Below are positions 39,247-54,090 of a stretch of DNA of 64,000 nucleotides, piece after piece; position 1 is the first letter of the stretch; every line of letters starts with the position of its first letter. The DNA is from Vicugna vicugna (lineage: Eukaryota): contig MU057640.1 of the NCBI GenBank assembly GCA_013265495.1, positions 2,133,405-2,197,404 of the forward strand, read 5' to 3'. A program made the translations under genes and the position numbers. The notes under the pieces were generated by a model, which saw nothing but the letters and a program-made list of their open reading frames with translations, did no database searches and was not told the origin of the DNA.

Positions 39247-42200
39247 GTCCTATGGCTTCGAGACACGTCCATAAGCACTGATAAAGCTGGCTCCCATCCC
39301 AGGCCTTTTTCTGGTGTGACTTCTCTAGGCATTGTCACTCTCCTGTCCTGGGACTTCATTTGGGATTAGTGGATATTATCCACCCCTTTGGTAAAATAAA
39401 CCAAAAGCCTCCCAAATATAGCTCTAAATGGATGGGAAAGTGGGGGTAAAATGATGTAGGGGCTGACACAAAGTCCCAGGTATGCCAGGAGTGGGGTCGT
39501 AAGCTGACTCTCATCTGGCTTTCAGATCCAACGCCTTGTCCTGTAGGCATTCATCTTCACTGTGGGCATTTGAGTCTTGAACATCATTTGAAAATACCAA
39601 CAGAGTCATTATGCGTTGCAACCTTTTGATCACACCCCAGCTGGGGCCCCTGCGGCCCCACAGGAACAGATGTAAAGCAAAAGGCTCTGCCCTTCAAGAG
39701 GTTTTGCACAGAACATCCCAAAGCCCCGGGGAGTCCTGTGTCTTGCTCAAGGTCACTAGGAGTTGATCAATAGGCCAGTAAATGCTACTTTTGCAGCCCT
39801 GGTAAGAATTACATTTCTACATCTCTCCGTACAGGTCAGGATAGCTTTTCGAATCATTGTATCAAAGTCATCAGAGATTCTGCAGGAAGAGGATGCTTCC
39901 CATCTCCTTCCTTGAATGTCTTAGAGAAGACATGTAAAATCAAATCTAGGGGTCTTGCACCACTGGCCAGATCCCTACTAATCAGAAGGAACTCCAAGCC
40001 AGAACTCTGCAAATTGCCTGCACACCCTTTAAGTGGTCACCTCAAGTCATCCAAATGTATTTTTAGGCTAACATCTCTTAGCTCATTCTAGCTGCCCCCT
40101 TGCTATTCTCTGGGAGCCTTCCATGCAGGGTACAAGGGTCCACCGGACCTAGGTTTCCTCCAGAAGCCTCACAACAGTCTTTTGTTTGGTGCTGAGATGC
40201 CTTAGCAACACAGCCTAATCCTCCAGGTATTTCTAGGCTAGTCTATGTTCCTTCTAAATCCCCAAACTCTCCCTCTATGCACAGCTGGGTAGAAGACAGA
40301 TCCTTGAGAGACCGAAGATCTTCAAACTGCTCCCACCTGGAGCCCCCTGGGTTTCTCAGCCAGCACTGCAGCCCCAATGGAAGGGCCAGTTGCCTTTTTG
40401 CAGTTGCTGTCTCTCCTTCCTTTTATAAGGCACAGGGGGAAAGGATATCTTATGGGCCCCGCTGCACTGTTCTGGTTCTAACAGCAATGACGGTGACCAT
40501 CTTTCCTTCCCTTTCCACCAAACGATAATTGTAAACACATATTTAAAATTTTGAGATTACCATTTAAAATAATCTTCACAAAAATATTTTAGTGAAATGT
40601 AAAAATGCTTCTGACATCACGGCAAGTGGGAATAAAAGCAGGATACAGGCGGCTTCGCTTTGTAAACAGTTTACTTTTATGTATGGAAAAAAGTATAGGA
40701 AGGAAATATATGACAACGGACTTCTTTAGGTTGGTGGGATTACAGGTAATCTTGTATTTTCTAAAAGATAGTACATTTTATAGGTATGCACTGCTTTTAC
40801 AACTGTAAATTAGTAACATTAATAAGTGGCAAGCACTGGAGAAGGCAGCAGAGCTACCGCTACTTTCCATTCTCTCATCACGGAAGTTTTCCAAAGTGGG
40901 TGTGTGTAGGGTGGGGATGGTGGCCATGGAAGTGGGGGAGATGTCCAGATCTGAGCCCCACCTTGACTGGGCTGGCCTGACCAAGGATACGTTTTTGGTT
41001 TCACCACGGAAATGTAACCACTTCTGAGGTGGAAGATAGGCAGTGCTAGCCATAGGCTGGCAGCCAAGGCATGGGGTGAGGGACAAGCCTAGAATGCCCA
41101 TGGAAAATACTAAATATAAAACTCTATCATCACTCGGACATCACTGCACTAGTGACCGGAGTGCCTCTGCCTCCCGGCCACTCTGCCCTTTATATCCATC
41201 AGGCAGTAGTGAATGTGCCAGAGGCTTACAGTAAATAAAGGGAATCCGGGTGTATCTTAGGATGGATTGAAACAATGCACCTATGCTGTATTACTACTAC
41301 TTTATCTGCTGTGGTTCTTACTAATACTGCTATCAGCACCACCATTTCTGCAGCTCCTCCTCCTATTATTATTAATCCTTTAAGTCTGTAAATTACTTAA
41401 CAATTTATAAAGTGCCTGGGCTGGACCTGGCACTATGAGAAGGCAGAGGTAGGCTGGCACTAGAAATCTCAAAGGGAACAGAACAGAATTATTAATATGT
41501 GTATTTTTTTCATCCCCCAACTGCCTGGGCCCCAGACAAATCCACCATCCCCGGCCACACCCATTCTCCCAACCCCACTCTGCTCCAACTGTCCAGAGCT
41601 AGTTCAGGCCACTTTAAGGGTTAGGGACCAGGAGCGATGGCCTTTCATTTGGTCAGAGGAGCTGGACCATGCCCAAATCCCACCAGATGGGGTGAGAGAA
41701 GAGGAGAGAGTGCCTTTCAAATATAAGGCCATTGCCTCTGCCAACATACTCTATCTTCTCACAGGAAGGCCCTGGAATGACCCAGACTCCTCCCTTTTTA
41801 GAGACTTTAAATTTTCCTGTGCCAAAGTTAAATTTGTTAAAAATTGCCCGACTTTGACCTTAGTCCCCAAAGTGTACTCTGTAATGTCTACCTGACCTTT
41901 TATCCCAGTAGAAGGGCTCTCTTTTCCTTAAGCCTGGAGTGAGGACCAATGCAACACAGAGTGAGAATGAGGCAGGGAGGAGAGCGAGAATGTAGCACCG
42001 CTCAAGCCCAACCTTGAACTAGCTTCCCTTTGAGATCGCTCTCTTCACCTGGCAACCAGCCCCCCCCGCGGAGCTCAGAGAGAAGAAAGTGGCATTTTGG
42101 AATCCATTTTGCTTGAGATGCTGAAGGCATCGTAGCACACTGCCCTTTGCTACCGGGGCCAAAGGAACTTAGGGAAGCACTTTACTCATAGGGATGCGGT

Positions 42201-42299
42201 CAGCTGAGGGGAAGGTGAGGGCCAGCTCTGGTGCCAACCAACCCTGAGGAGAGCAGCCACGGGGCATGCGGTGGGTGCGGGTGGCCCACCCTGGATGCT

Positions 42300-43460
<1,161 letters not shown>

Positions 43461-43485
43461 GAAAGAGACGAATGGGGGAAGGTTC

Positions 43486-43533
43486 TGTGTGTGTGTGTGT
43501 GTGCGCGTGTGCGTGTGTGTGTGTGTGTGTGTG
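43486..43533. repeat. (GT)n/(GC) alternating purine-pyrimidine microsatellite just upstream of the TTC9 CpG island
   Basis: tgtgtgtg...gcgcgtgtgcgtgtgt; alternation is Z-DNA prone. Confidence 0.95.
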
Positions 43534-44476
43534 TATTAGGGAAGGGGGATGCCAGCGACGAAACGCATGCAGACTCACCCTCAATAGATTTCTTGAAAAC
43601 TAAAAGAAAGGTGCAGCGGGGAGCAAGGGGCGTAGGCACAAGCCGTATCGCTTCTTGTTCTTTGCAGTAAGGCGTTAGTATTTTTAAGGTGGCAGGGCCT
43701 CCTTTTTTGTGGATGCAAGTTGTCGCTGAGGTGTGTCTCAGTGTGTGGCCACCCAGGCGCTCAGAATACACCATGTGCACCTCAGCATTTGGGGCGTTGT
43801 ATTCTCGGAGCCAATGTGTGCTGACGCCTGGGTGTGCAAACAGTTGTGCAGAATGAATCACAGACATCAGAGATGGAAAACACCTGTTACTGTTGGTCAT
43901 CAAGGCTTGGCGTGTGTTCTAGTTTCCACTTACAGGACAGTTCTGAAGTAAGGGTTCCAGCCCTTTAGTCAGCCCTGAGTGGCGGCTGTCTGCTGGGGAT
44001 TTGCTGAGGTCAAGGTGCAGACACGGACAGGCAAGGAAGGGACTGCCCTGCTCTCAGTTAGCTAACTCCCAGTTACTGGGGGAGGTACACCACCCACCGG
44101 TAGAGTCTCTATGCCAGGCAGAGATTGGGAAGTGCCACCCACCAGAGAGGAACAGAAAGTTCAATGGAGCCCCAAGGAAAGGAGGTTTTGCGCAGGAAAT
44201 GGCATTTGGGGGCCTTGAAGTGTGCATAAGATCCAGGCACCAGGTACTAGAAGGAAATGACATGTCTCACGAAACAGCAGAGGTCATGATGTTCTGAATT
44301 TTGGGTGTGTTTAGGGCATAGTGGTTTGATTTTTGTGGTCTAAACAGAAGTAACTGGAAATGATGGGTTTAGATTATGGAGACATTTGAATGAAGGGTTT
44401 GCGCTTGATTTTGTAAACAATGGAGAAGGCTGGTCTGTTTTTTAGTGCTCTCCTCTCCTTTACGATGCTGAGGGGA

Positions 44477-44511
<35 letters not shown>

Positions 44512-44547
44512 TTAGAATATATATATATTTAGAATATATATTCTAAA

Positions 44548-44920
44548 GCAGTGATTTTCAAAGCCAGATTTCCAGACCCACAGCATCAACGCCACCTGAA
44601 AAACTGTTAGCAGTGCAATTTCTAGAGTCCCACACCAGACCTACTAAAATCAGAAACTCTAGGCATGGGATCCAGCAACCTGTACTTTACCAACACCTCT
44701 GATTGGTTCAGATGCACTCTCGAGTTTGAGGACCCCTGCTCCAAAACCTTGCTGCTCAAAGTGGAAGCCTTGGGCCAGCAGCATTGATATTGCCCAGGAG
44801 CCTGTCAGAGATGGAGAAGTCTACAAAATCCCAGACCTACTGACACAGAATCTGCATTTTTAACAAGCTCTCCAGGTGATTCACATGCCTGTTAAGAGTG
44901 TGAAACGCACTGCTCTAGAG
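44548..44920. mobile_element. Two adjacent MER5A-like MITEs
   Basis: cagtgattttcaaa...ccagacctactaaaatcagaaactct...tttgaggacccctg, then ctgctcaaagtg...cagacctactgacacagaatctgcatttttaacaag. Confidence 0.7.
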
Positions 44921-47900
44921 GATTTGCAAAGCACAGAAACGTATGCATAAAAACCCTTCAACCCTACACCGTCACCCAGATACATTCTTTGTTAATATTT
45001 TGATGTAATTCCTACTGGTTGTTTTCTACACATCTATATTTATACAAAGTGCTCTTTTAACAAACATGAGTGGTTTGGGATGATGTATGCAGTTTCCTGC
45101 TCTTTTTACTTTACACTATGTGTGATTAAATAGTTTTTTAAAGCCTTATATTTATTGGCTTCATAATATTCATAATAGTGTCTGTAACATAGTGTACTTA
45201 ACTATTTTCCTATGGTCAGATAGATTGATTCCAATTGTTTGCTGTTATAAAGAACACTGAGAAGTAAAAATAGTAGATCCCATTTCTATCATAACAATCA
45301 AGTGAAATAGATGCTATTATGTCCCCATTCTCTGGACACCAGGTCACAGAGACCCGCCCAAGGTCACACTGCTAATAAGTAGTAGAGATGGGATTTAAAT
45401 CCAAGCAATGTGGCTTTAGCATCTATGCTCTTAACCAACTATATTTATACTTAAATTTTTGTCCTAATTTGTTTTTCCTTATAAGAAATTATGTTAATGT
45501 TTTAAAATGTCTTGAAACGTATTGTCAACTTGCTTTTTAAAATCGTTGGACTAACTTGTCCTCCCACCAGCAACGTACTAGTTTCCCAACATCCTTGCCA
45601 ACATGGAGTATTAAACTTTAAAAAGTATTTTCTAAATTGATAAATAAGAACTGTGTACTCAATGTACTGGGATATCTTTCCTTTCAAAGGTGAACACTTT
45701 TCACACACGTAGCTGCCATTTGCATAGTACTGAGGGTTTTTATTTGGACACAGTCTTCATGTATTGATTTATACCTTATATGTTACAGCACCTTACTTTT
45801 CTAAGTGCTTGAACATCATTAATCTCACTTACTTCTCACTTTAGCCCCAGCGAAGGAAAATGATTCTCTACTCACACAGTGAGTCTGCAGTAGTTTCTAC
45901 TCAGTGAGACATCATACTAGTTCAGTGGTTAAAAGGATTTGGACTTAGACAGGTATGAGCTGGAATTCTATTTTTGCTGCTTTGGAGGCAAGTTATTCAA
46001 CTTCTGAAAACCTCAAATTTCCTCACTCTTTAAATGGGGATACCACTTACTTCAGAGGGGTGTTGTGAAGTACATTGTAAGTGCTCAACAGATGGTGGGT
46101 GACTTTAATTATGACTTATTAAATCCTGTCATCATTGGATCCCATAATGTTCTGGCAGACTCTACTTAATCTGTGTTTGCCAGCCCCTGGCCCTTTTCAC
46201 TTTAAGGTATTGTGTCAGGTAGAGCGAAGAGAAGAGATTGGGAGTTGTGCTTGGCGTTTTTACTGTCAACTTTGTACTTAGGTAGAAAGAGCTACTGAAG
46301 GCAAATATTAGATGAAGTTCCTGGTCTGGGGTTTGGCAACTGTCAGAAATAAGACGTGAACTGGGTCATGATGGTCGCAATATTTAAATATGAGGAATAG
46401 TGATATGCCAGATTGCTTTTTGTTTTCCTGCTGCATCCCGGCTTAATGGTCCAGTGTCTCATTCTTCAATGTCAGGTTTGAGGACAGAGCTTCAAGAGAC
46501 ATGTATTCCACATGGTACTATCCAGTGTGTGAAACAGAGCCCAGCGTGAGAGCTTCATACTAGCTTGAATGAAAGAGAGCATGAGTGAGGAAAAGAGGGA
46601 ATATTATGGGCGGGGGGATGGAGTGAGAGGAGACTTACTCTGCCCATCTGTCCCCCTCTGCAGAGCCGCATGCGTATGTCTAGAACTGTTTTGTTTGCTT
46701 GTTTTTAATATGCTTCTGTCTCCGTCTAAGCCAATCATTGGTATGTGCGCTGGTTTCTCAGAAATGGTCTCCTCCCTTCAAGTGGAATGAACAAGAATTT
46801 CTCAAACATCCTTTTCATTAACTATTGACCATATGCAGAGCACTATTTTAGGAAGATCCAAATGGCAGACATTTGAGCATGGATTTAGGATTCACAAAGT
46901 CAGTGCTTCTCAAACTTTAACGTGCACAGGAACCCACAGGAGACCTTGTTAAGATGCAATTCCCTGATTCTGTTCATCTAGAGCTGGGCTCAAGATTGTG
47001 CACTTCTAACAACGTACCAGTAGATGATGCTACTGCTAGTCTATGACCCACATTTTGAGAAGCGAGTAATCAAAGGAAAGGGATGTTCCATCTCACTCCC
47101 TCTCTCCTGGTCTCTGCTTTCTCCCAGGGAAGACCTGTTCATTAGATTGGGTGGATTCCAGGAAATTAATTGGTCCACATTTAGCAAGGGCAGGGTTCTG
47201 AACCTCCATGCAGTTTTCTCTTCTATTTCATAGAGCAGGAATAGGTAAGCAGAGCCTGGGCCTCCTCTTGGGATCTGGCCATTTTGTTTTCTCTTCCTCA
47301 AATGCGTAGCCAGGCATACTTTTAGTGCTTCTATTTCTGCCCCAATGTGGCAGGACATAGAGTGAGCAGATTTGGGTGTGTAATGGGGAGGGAAAGGCTC
47401 ATGCAGGCCTTTACTATAGGCTGCTTACTCCAGTCTTGTTTTTACAAGAGAACTCTGCACTAAGAAATTGGGCCCCTATTCAGGTGAAAATAAAGTGACA
47501 TTTTGATTTCTCATCTGTTGATGGCCCTTGAACGTATTGCTTGCTCATGACCCTCACAGGGATGAATGACGAGCCACGGGAGGTTTCTACTGCAGAGTAG
47601 GTTTCGTTGGCCCTCTGGTCCAGTGTCATGAAAACCTCTCCCTCCATTCCTAGTAGGCAGGCACGGAGCACAGGCCAATGAACCCCATGGATAATCATCC
47701 CACACTCATGTAATAGCTTATTACTGCTGAGACATGTTGGGCGATTTCTTAGAGAAGATGTACTTGGAATTATTTTGATGGAAGGAATTTGACGCGGTAC
47801 ATAGCAGCAGGCACAGAGCTCCTGCTGGCTTTATGGGTCTCAGGCTCTGTATCTGCCCTTGGTCCTGACCTTGTTTCTATTTCTTTCTCATTGCCTACTG

Positions 47901-48577
47901 GTCGTAGAAGACTCAAGCCTCCCTTTCTTTCCAAACTCTCTCTGGAGCCTTCAGACCTCCTAAACAGATGGCGTGTGCTGCTTTTTCTCCTTCTTCAGCT
48001 CAGTTTCTTAAGCATATGCGAAAGACATATATTTGAATCTCTTTTATACTAATCTAAGCTGTTCAGGATTTGGTCACAGGCCAAGAAAACCAAAGCTATT
48101 TTGGGGATGTTTTTCTAATTGCATTCAACTTCACAATTTACCTGAGAAAATTACAACACTTCCATCACCAGTTTTTAATCCATATTTACTCTTCAAAAAT
48201 CCCTCTATGGAAAAGTAGGCGATTTTTAACTGTTTCACGCCCAGATGTAGCGTTAACTGTATGAGGCTAATGTGAGTTTCATATTTTCATTCATCCACCA
48301 TCTGTCCCCCAGCCCCAACCCCAACAACAAATTTCTCTGTAATTTCAGATCCTGATTGGGTCTGGCCTTCTTTAGAAAAATAAGCCCTCTCTGCCTGTCC
48401 CACACTCTCCTTCTACTCAGTCCATTCTGTACCTGTCAATCTTCCCGTCTCCAGTATCAGCTGTAGTCCTCTGTGGGGCTTCGATGTCGGTTATGTGGAT
48501 CTGGTAGCATGTCTTCTTTGGGAATTCTTCCTTCCCCTATTCCACGTGGTCCTGGTAGAGCTGTCAGTCAGGGGGTC

Positions 48578-49515
48578 TGTGATACTGTGATTTATAATAA
48601 TAAATATACACTTAGTCTTTATCCCTCTTTCTGGCACAGAGCTCCTAAAGTCCTTGGAATTTGGAATTTCGTAAGTGAAAAAGAGAGCAATGAAAGTGTC
48701 TTTTCCTACGTTAATGAGATGACTTTTGGAACTCACCTAGGATGGAGAGTAGTTGCCAGTGGAGCCAACCATGTGATTAAAGGGTTGGAGTTTTCAGTCC
48801 TCAGACTTGCAACCTCTGGGTACGGAGGGGACGGGAGTAAGGTGCTGGAGCTGGAGTCCAGTCACCAGTGGTCAATTATTTAATCAATCATGCCTATGTA
48901 ATGAAGCCTCCATAAAAACCCCAAAGGACAGGGTTCAGAGAATTTCCGGGTTGCTGAACACATGGAGATCTGGGGAGAATGGGATGCCTGGAGAGAGTAT
49001 GGAAGCTTGGTGCCACTTCCCACAAACACTGCCCTATGCATCTCTACCATCTGGCTGTTCCTGAGTTGTATTTTTTTATAATAGATCGGTACTCTAGTGA
49101 GTGAATGGATTTCCTGAGTTCTGTGAGCCTCTCACAAATTAATCAAACACGGAGCCAGAGGTGAGGGGGTTGGGGGTGGAATCATGGAAACCTGTAATTT
49201 ATAGCCAGTTAGTCAGGAGGACAGAAAAGAACCTGGACTTGTGACTCGAGTCTGAAGTACCAGGAGAGGATCACAGGAACCCCCAATCTGTAGCCAGTTG
49301 GTCAGAAGTACAGGTAACAGCCTGGATTTGCAACTGGCATCTAAAGTAGGGGAGGAGTGACAGTCTTGTAGGACCTGTGGAATCTGAAGCTATCTCCGAA
49401 TAGACAGCATCAGAATTGAGTTTAATTATAGGACACCCAGCTGGTGTCCCAAGAATTGCTTATCGGTGTGAGAGAAACTCCCCCTCCCCTGCATTGGGAT
49501 TGGGTGCTCAGAACA
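48578..49515 (+). mobile_element. MER21-like solo LTR inserted in an older MLT1-like LTR
   Basis: tgtgatactgtgatttataataa...ggcacagagctcctaaagtccttggaattt...aatcaatcatgcctatgtaatgaagcctccataaaaacccc. It carries an internal ~85-bp duplicated unit (tagccagtt.gtcag). Confidence 0.8.
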
Positions 49516-52420
49516 CCAAGAGTGTCTGAGCCTCCATCTTCTCCTGCTAGTGCCTATCCCAGGCTTGGCCAATCGTATTATCCCATCTCCCTGCCCCAGA
49601 GTGATTGGTCAGGGAGGAGCCCAAGTAGAGAATCAGAATCTTCCCTGAGAGTTATATATAGACATTGGGAGAGAGTGGTTCCTTTGGTTGGGAGAATTTG
49701 AGGAGAAGGCTATCAAAGGCCATCATGGCTACCACCTAGAGAAGGCCTATCTGAAAACTGAAGTTGAACAGAGGCAAAAAAGATATGAAGGAGAGACAAA
49801 GCTCTAGCGGTATCCATTAAGTGCTTTGATCAGCAGTTTTTAAAGCCCGGGGACCTCCTTGGACATCCTAGTATGTAAACCAGTGAATTCCGTTTTACAC
49901 TTGGGTTTGTTTGAGTTGTCATCTACACTTGAAAAACTATGGACTTATAAGTTCCTTCTCAGGTATTTACCCTTTTCACCTACCACCTATTGCCACCCTA
50001 GTTTGGCTGCTGTTACATGGGGCTGGTAACCATAGCCACGTTCCCCTGCCTAGAGAGCTTTTTTTTTTAATTCTATTACACTCTTCAGAAGTGGTTTACT
50101 TATTCATTTATTCTTAACTGCGTATTATGGGACAGTTTCAACATACATCAAAGAAAGAGTCACATAACAAATCTTCAAGAACCCATAACCCCACCAACAT
50201 AAACAATTAACAGCAACCCATATCTATTGCCACATGTTCAGTGTTCCGTACATGCCATTCTCTCATATTTCTATGGCTTTGGTCTCCCAGTTCCCTGTAT
50301 GCTTCAGTCTTTCTGTATTTCTCATTGGCTTGTTCTTAGAAGATTAGGCCTTTCAGCCAAAGTCACCCAGATTTGCTTCAAGACTTAGCAGAAATGTCAC
50401 TTCTACAGTGAAGCCTTATCAATCTCCCTATACACGTTTGGTGTTCCATCTACTATGTTCTTTTTCATACTTTTATATTACATAATACCTATTCATTCAA
50501 CACTAACTCAACAAACATCTATAACAAAATTTCACCATTTCAACAAACAAGATAGACAAAAATTTTCACCTTCGTGGAATGGAGAGAGACTGACAAGAAA
50601 TATAAATAAATGAATTATATAGGATGTTAGAATGTGATAAGTGCAACAAAAAAAAGGGAGTTTCTGGGGAAATTGCTGTGTGTGTGTCTTCAAATTTTAA
50701 ATAAGAAAGATCAGATGGGCCACTCGTATTACACTGCATGATGATCATCTGCTTGATTTTTTTGTCAACTAGATTATAGCTACTTGAAAGTGGGGATTGT
50801 GTCTTATATTTTTTGTAGCCCCAGCACCTAGTATAGTTGTATGCATTTTGTATTGGTTGTGAAATAAATGAAAGAACATAAGACATCAACTCAAAAGAAT
50901 TTTAGTATCAAGATTATGTAATAAAAATTGAAATTTCCTTCTACTCCTGGACCTAGTCTTCTCAAATTCTTCCCAAAGGCATCCACTGTTACTTGGTCCT
51001 TGTGCATCACTCTAGAAATTCTCTCTCCCTCTCTTAAAGTAAACGTTTTTATCTCTGAAGTTGTTTTATTTCAATATACACAGAACTACCACATTTTGAA
51101 ATACAGCTCTACAGTATTTGTCCGTAGGGATGTATCAGAATGTTTTTCAGCAGACATCATTTGGTAGGTATTTCAGCAGTAACGAAGAGGTTTTGATGAA
51201 CCACGCAACTAGTTGGGAATTCAGGTGAATCCACTGATCGAATCCCGCCAGCGTAACTAGGTCAACAGCTCCCCGTCGGGGAGAAGGCCAGTCTCCTCAC
51301 CTCTGAGGATATTATTTTAATTTCACCACGACCCCGTGAGGTTGTTATTACGATGCTCGCTTTACAAAGAAGAAACCTGAGGTTTTCAGAGGTCAGGTAA
51401 TTTGCCCAAGGCCACACAGCTTGGAAGTGGGGAGCAGGCCTGTCTGACTCCAAAGGGAAGGCTTTTTGCCACGACTTAAGGTTTTGGTACATCTGCTAGG
51501 CGTGACATAAAGAGGATTTACACAGCCTGCCTGGTGGACTGTCTTAGATGACCTTCAAGATTCTTTAAGAATCTAGAAATTCTGTAATGCTGTGCCACTC
51601 CCCACCATCCTTTCTCTCCTTTTCTGTCTGGCTCTGCCCTAGGAGATTGCCCCCTGCACTAACTGGGCTCCTTTGCCCTCTTGCTGCCTGTCAGCTTTGC
51701 CCAAAGGAAAGCCCCAGCATGAGACTGGAGGATGGGCGGAGAAGGAGATGAAGGTATTTCTCTTCCACTTCCTTCCTCCCTGAGTCACCGTGGTTTGGGG
51801 GGTGACTCTGTCCTGACATTATGATAGTTATGATTGCATGTCCCCTCCTCCTTGGACCCACCAGTCAACGGATTCTGAAAACACAGTTTCTGCCTTTGCC
51901 CAGTATCTGCCATCTCCTGATAGTCCCTGGATGCTTCAACATTCTTTCTTTGTTCCAATAACCATGCCCACACTTTTGTAAGGGAAAGTAGTCTCAGTAT
52001 TAAAAGTCTTCTCAGATGACTTTTCAGGGCCATCAGAGTTAGATTTTGTTTTCAGTCATGACCCAATAATAAATATTATTTTAAGGTGTTATGCCTACCA
52101 GGAGACCCTTAAAAACCTGATACTACAAGGCTCAGTGAAATTTATCTTTAATGGTAAAATTTCAGGTTAGTAGGGCAAGCTATTTGGAGCCAACTGCAAC
52201 CGTTTTACTCTCAAATTCTATCTGCTTGGCAGCAGCTTATTCAGCCAGCTGCTGGTACTTGCTCTGCTGTCAGTATGTGAGGTTGTGAGTATGTGGATCT
52301 TTCTTTGTCATTGTTCTGTTCCTCAAATATTATGTATGCATAGGGAGTCACTTAGCATTTTAACAGCCTTCTCTGAAACATGCACCCACAGCTTTTTTCC
52401 CTACAGAATTGCTGGAGAGA

Positions 52421-52935
52421 TGCATCAGTGATCCATAGCTGCATAACAAATTATCCTAAAATTTAGCAGCTTAAAATATCATTTACTGTTTTTAAACAAT
52501 CCCACAGTCTCTGTGGGAGCATCTTAGTTAGGTAATTCTGGCTCATGGTCTTTCCAGAAGTCCCAGTCAAGCTGATGGCTGGCACTGAAGTTTTCTGAAG
52601 GCTCTGGAGGAGAGTCCAGTCCCAAGCTACTCACATCATTGTTGGGAGGCCCACGTCCATTGCTGGTTGTTGGCTGCACATCTTATTTCTTCTCTAGGCT
52701 GGTCTCTCCATAGGTTTCTTGAATGTCCTCATGACATGCTACCTGGCTTCCTCCTAAGTAAGAGATCTAGGGGATCCAAAGTCTTTTATAACCTAATCTT
52801 GAAAGTGACATTATCGCTTCTGCCAAATTCTATTGGTCACACAGACTAACCCTGGTACAAAGTGGGAACTACACAGGATGTAAGTACTAGGAGGTAGGGA
52901 ATATTGGGGGGAGATTTTGGAGGCTGGTCATCTCA
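52421..52935 (-). mobile_element. Old MaLR (MLT1E/F-like) solo LTR
   Basis: gctgcataacaaattatcctaaaatttagcagcttaaaa...ttctattggtcacacagactaaccctggtacaa...actacacaggatgtaagtactaggagg. Confidence 0.7.
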
Positions 52936-53689
52936 AGAGAGAAGTAGACATTTGTTTTTGTTTTTGTTTTTCATAGTACCTAGCTACCTGCTCGAGCTTA
53001 AGAGGGTGTGTAATATCAAAAGAAAAATAAAATGAGGTAAGCTGACCATTGCTCATGCTATGTATAAAAGCATGCATTTTTATTACAAAGGTCAGATGAA
53101 ATTCAGGATATTGGAAGGAATTTAGAACTCAAAGCTCTTTTTTTTCCTGTAAATTTAACTTCCTAATTTTAAAACTGAAAAGTATTATCAAGTATTTTTA
53201 CAATGTTAAAATATCATTCGTCCCTGGAACATTGCTTTGAAGCTACTCTGCTGATAGGAAGTTTCCATAAGATTATTCTGTCAGTAGCCACCTTATGGTC
53301 CATTGGTTCTTAACCTTCTGTGGGGAAGAGTCACGGATTGCTCTGACAAAGTGTTGCCAGTGACGGAAGCTGGTGGTAGTGGTGCGGGCTGCAGCATCCA
53401 GTGCCTGGTGCTGGTAGCATGCTGAACACAGTGCAGATTTATTAAGTAGCATGATTTGGAGGTACTGTTCTTGCCTATGTAGCCCTGAGTCTAGCCCTGG
53501 TAATTCCGTGAGCTAATCCATAGCATTTTTTTTTTTGGCAGTATTTTGCTTGTTTCTGTTGGCAAATTTTAGGGAATATTTACATAATGAATGTGAAGGT
53601 GCTATGCCAGAGAAAGTGGAACACAATTTAGATTGAAGTGAATTCATTGATAGGATCACTTACTGGTTATTTTGGATTCAGCGCTTTAA

Positions 53690-54090
53690 AAAAAATCGGG
53701 GTAAAATGCATATAACATAAAATTTACCATCTTATCCATTTTTAAGTGCACAGTTCAATGGCATTGAGTACATGCATACTGTTATACAATCATCAACACC
53801 ATCCATCTCACAAATTCTTTTCATCATGCAAAGCTGATACTCTATACCATTAAACACCAGCTTTCCCTTCACGCCCATACTTTTTCTTCTATTTTGTTAA
53901 AAAACATAAAATTTACCATCTTAATAATTTTTTAGTGTAGTGTTCAGTTGTGTTGAGTATATTCACATGGTTGTGAAACAGATCTCCAGAACTTGCTCAT
54001 CTTGCAAATCTGAAGCTCTGTACCCATTAGACAATTTACCTCCCCCTTCTCCCAGCTTCCCATTCCATTTTTGGTTTTTATGAATTTGAC
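53690..54090 (-). mobile_element. Two tandem L1MB/MA-like 3' ends
   Basis: Repeated acataaaatttaccatctta...ttttaagtgcacagttca motif. Confidence 0.7.
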
